A stretch of 35,920 bases of DNA, from the IMG/VR virus record IMGVR_UViG_3300035396_000120, positions 1 to 35,920 of that record; one strand, given 5' to 3'. The number at the start of each line of letters is the position of its first letter. Positions within the stretch are counted from its first letter, which is position 1. The translations under genes and the position numbers were made by a program. The DNA comes from a virus (Duplodnaviria > Caudoviricetes). This document shows, piece after piece, positions 35,380 through 35,920 of this stretch. The notes below the pieces were generated by a model. It searched no databases and had not been told where the DNA came from. It saw only the letters and a list, made by a program, of their open reading frames with translations.

Positions 35380-35715
35380 TTATACTACCTTTTCTAAGTA
35401 AATGTTGATAACTTCGCCTAGGTTAGCTACATCATCTTTGTATACTACATTGTATAATTGGTTATTAACTACCAATTGGTCAGAATCTAATATAGAAACT
35501 TTGTTATCTACGAGTAATACAGAGGAAACTCTTTCTCTCATCTTATCTGTTAGGACAGAAGTACTACCAGTGGTATTATAATGTATGTAATTACCTAGTA
35601 AAGTAGTAGTAGTAGTCTCATCAGTATCACCTGTTACAGGGTTAAATACGTTAGTAATAACTTTTTTACTAACAGGAACCTTGTTAATTCTAGATAATCT
35701 GTCTAATATGCTCAT
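35380..35715 (-). CDS. Head closure / head-tail joining protein
   Basis: FNPVTG motif, 111 aa, follows the adaptor. Confidence 0.65.
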   Translation of the reverse strand: MSILDRLSRINKVPVSKKVITNVFNPVTGDTDETTTTTLLGNYIHYNTTGSTSVLTDKMRERVSSVLLVDNKVSILDSDQLVVNNQLYNVVYKDDVANLGEVINIYLEKVV

Positions 35716-35716
35716 T

Positions 35717-35920
35717 TTAGGTAGGACTCACTCTATTTTTCTTACTGAAAGATATACATCTCATAAATAGGTTAGCTGTCTTATAGATTGCTTTACTATT
35801 AGAGTTGTTTCCACTAGTGTAAGATACAGAAACTGCGCCATAACTCTCACTAGATATACCTGAAGTAACTTTACTATTAGGGTCTACACCTTTTCTAGCA
35901 TAAGCAAGTTCACAAATACC
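35717..35920 (-). CDS. Head-tail adaptor, 3' part (continuation of the ORF starting at 429)
   Basis: In frame across the junction; ends ...KKNRVSPT with TAA at 35719-35717. Confidence 0.75.
   Translation of the reverse strand, partial: GICELAYARKGVDPNSKVTSGISSESYGAVSVSYTSGNNSNSKAIYKTANLFMRCISFSKKNRVSPT
35780..35920. repeat. Terminal direct repeat copy 2
   Basis: Identical to 1-141. Confidence 0.97.

Noticed and set aside
35780-35920. 141-bp terminal repeat as a biological DTR
   Set aside because: It falls mid-gene, and 141 is a common maximum assembler k-mer, so it is best read as circular overlap
1-35920. Naming a host taxon
   Set aside because: Low GC and spanin-like genes suggest only an AT-rich diderm; nothing more specific is supportable without searches

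Overview
The window is a complete circular tailed-phage genome. Bases 1-141 recur exactly at 35780-35920, so the unit length is 35,779 bp. It is AT-rich, uses the standard code, and is probably a siphovirus of a diderm host. The minus strand carries late genes: TerS, TerL, DUF4055-type portal, scaffold, major capsid, a block of small decoration-like genes with a GT29/Maf-like gene, neck, major tail, frameshifted tail chaperones, tape measure, tail tip and fibres, and lysis. The plus strand (10.2-19.0 kb) carries early/middle genes: an AEP primase fused to a PriL-like Cys domain and an SF2 helicase, BRO-N, HNH, Rha, metallophosphoesterase, a sigma-70 family factor and a GIY-YIG/T5orf172 protein. 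No integrase, clear repressor, DNA polymerase, RT or CRISPR is recognisable. The most unusual content is non-coding: (1) a ~135-nt three-hairpin RNA behind a late-promoter motif that displays the anti-Shine-Dalgarno hexamer CCUCCU in a loop; (2) a 140-nt early leader with interleaved long helices, one covering the RBS; (3) a tRNA-like cloverleaf lacking an anticodon loop inside the lysis cassette; (4) an SD/anti-SD kissing-loop element before the tail chaperone; (5) a repeated AAAGNTAA promoter-like motif. Product calls come from motif recognition and synteny only; no searches or folding computations were run.
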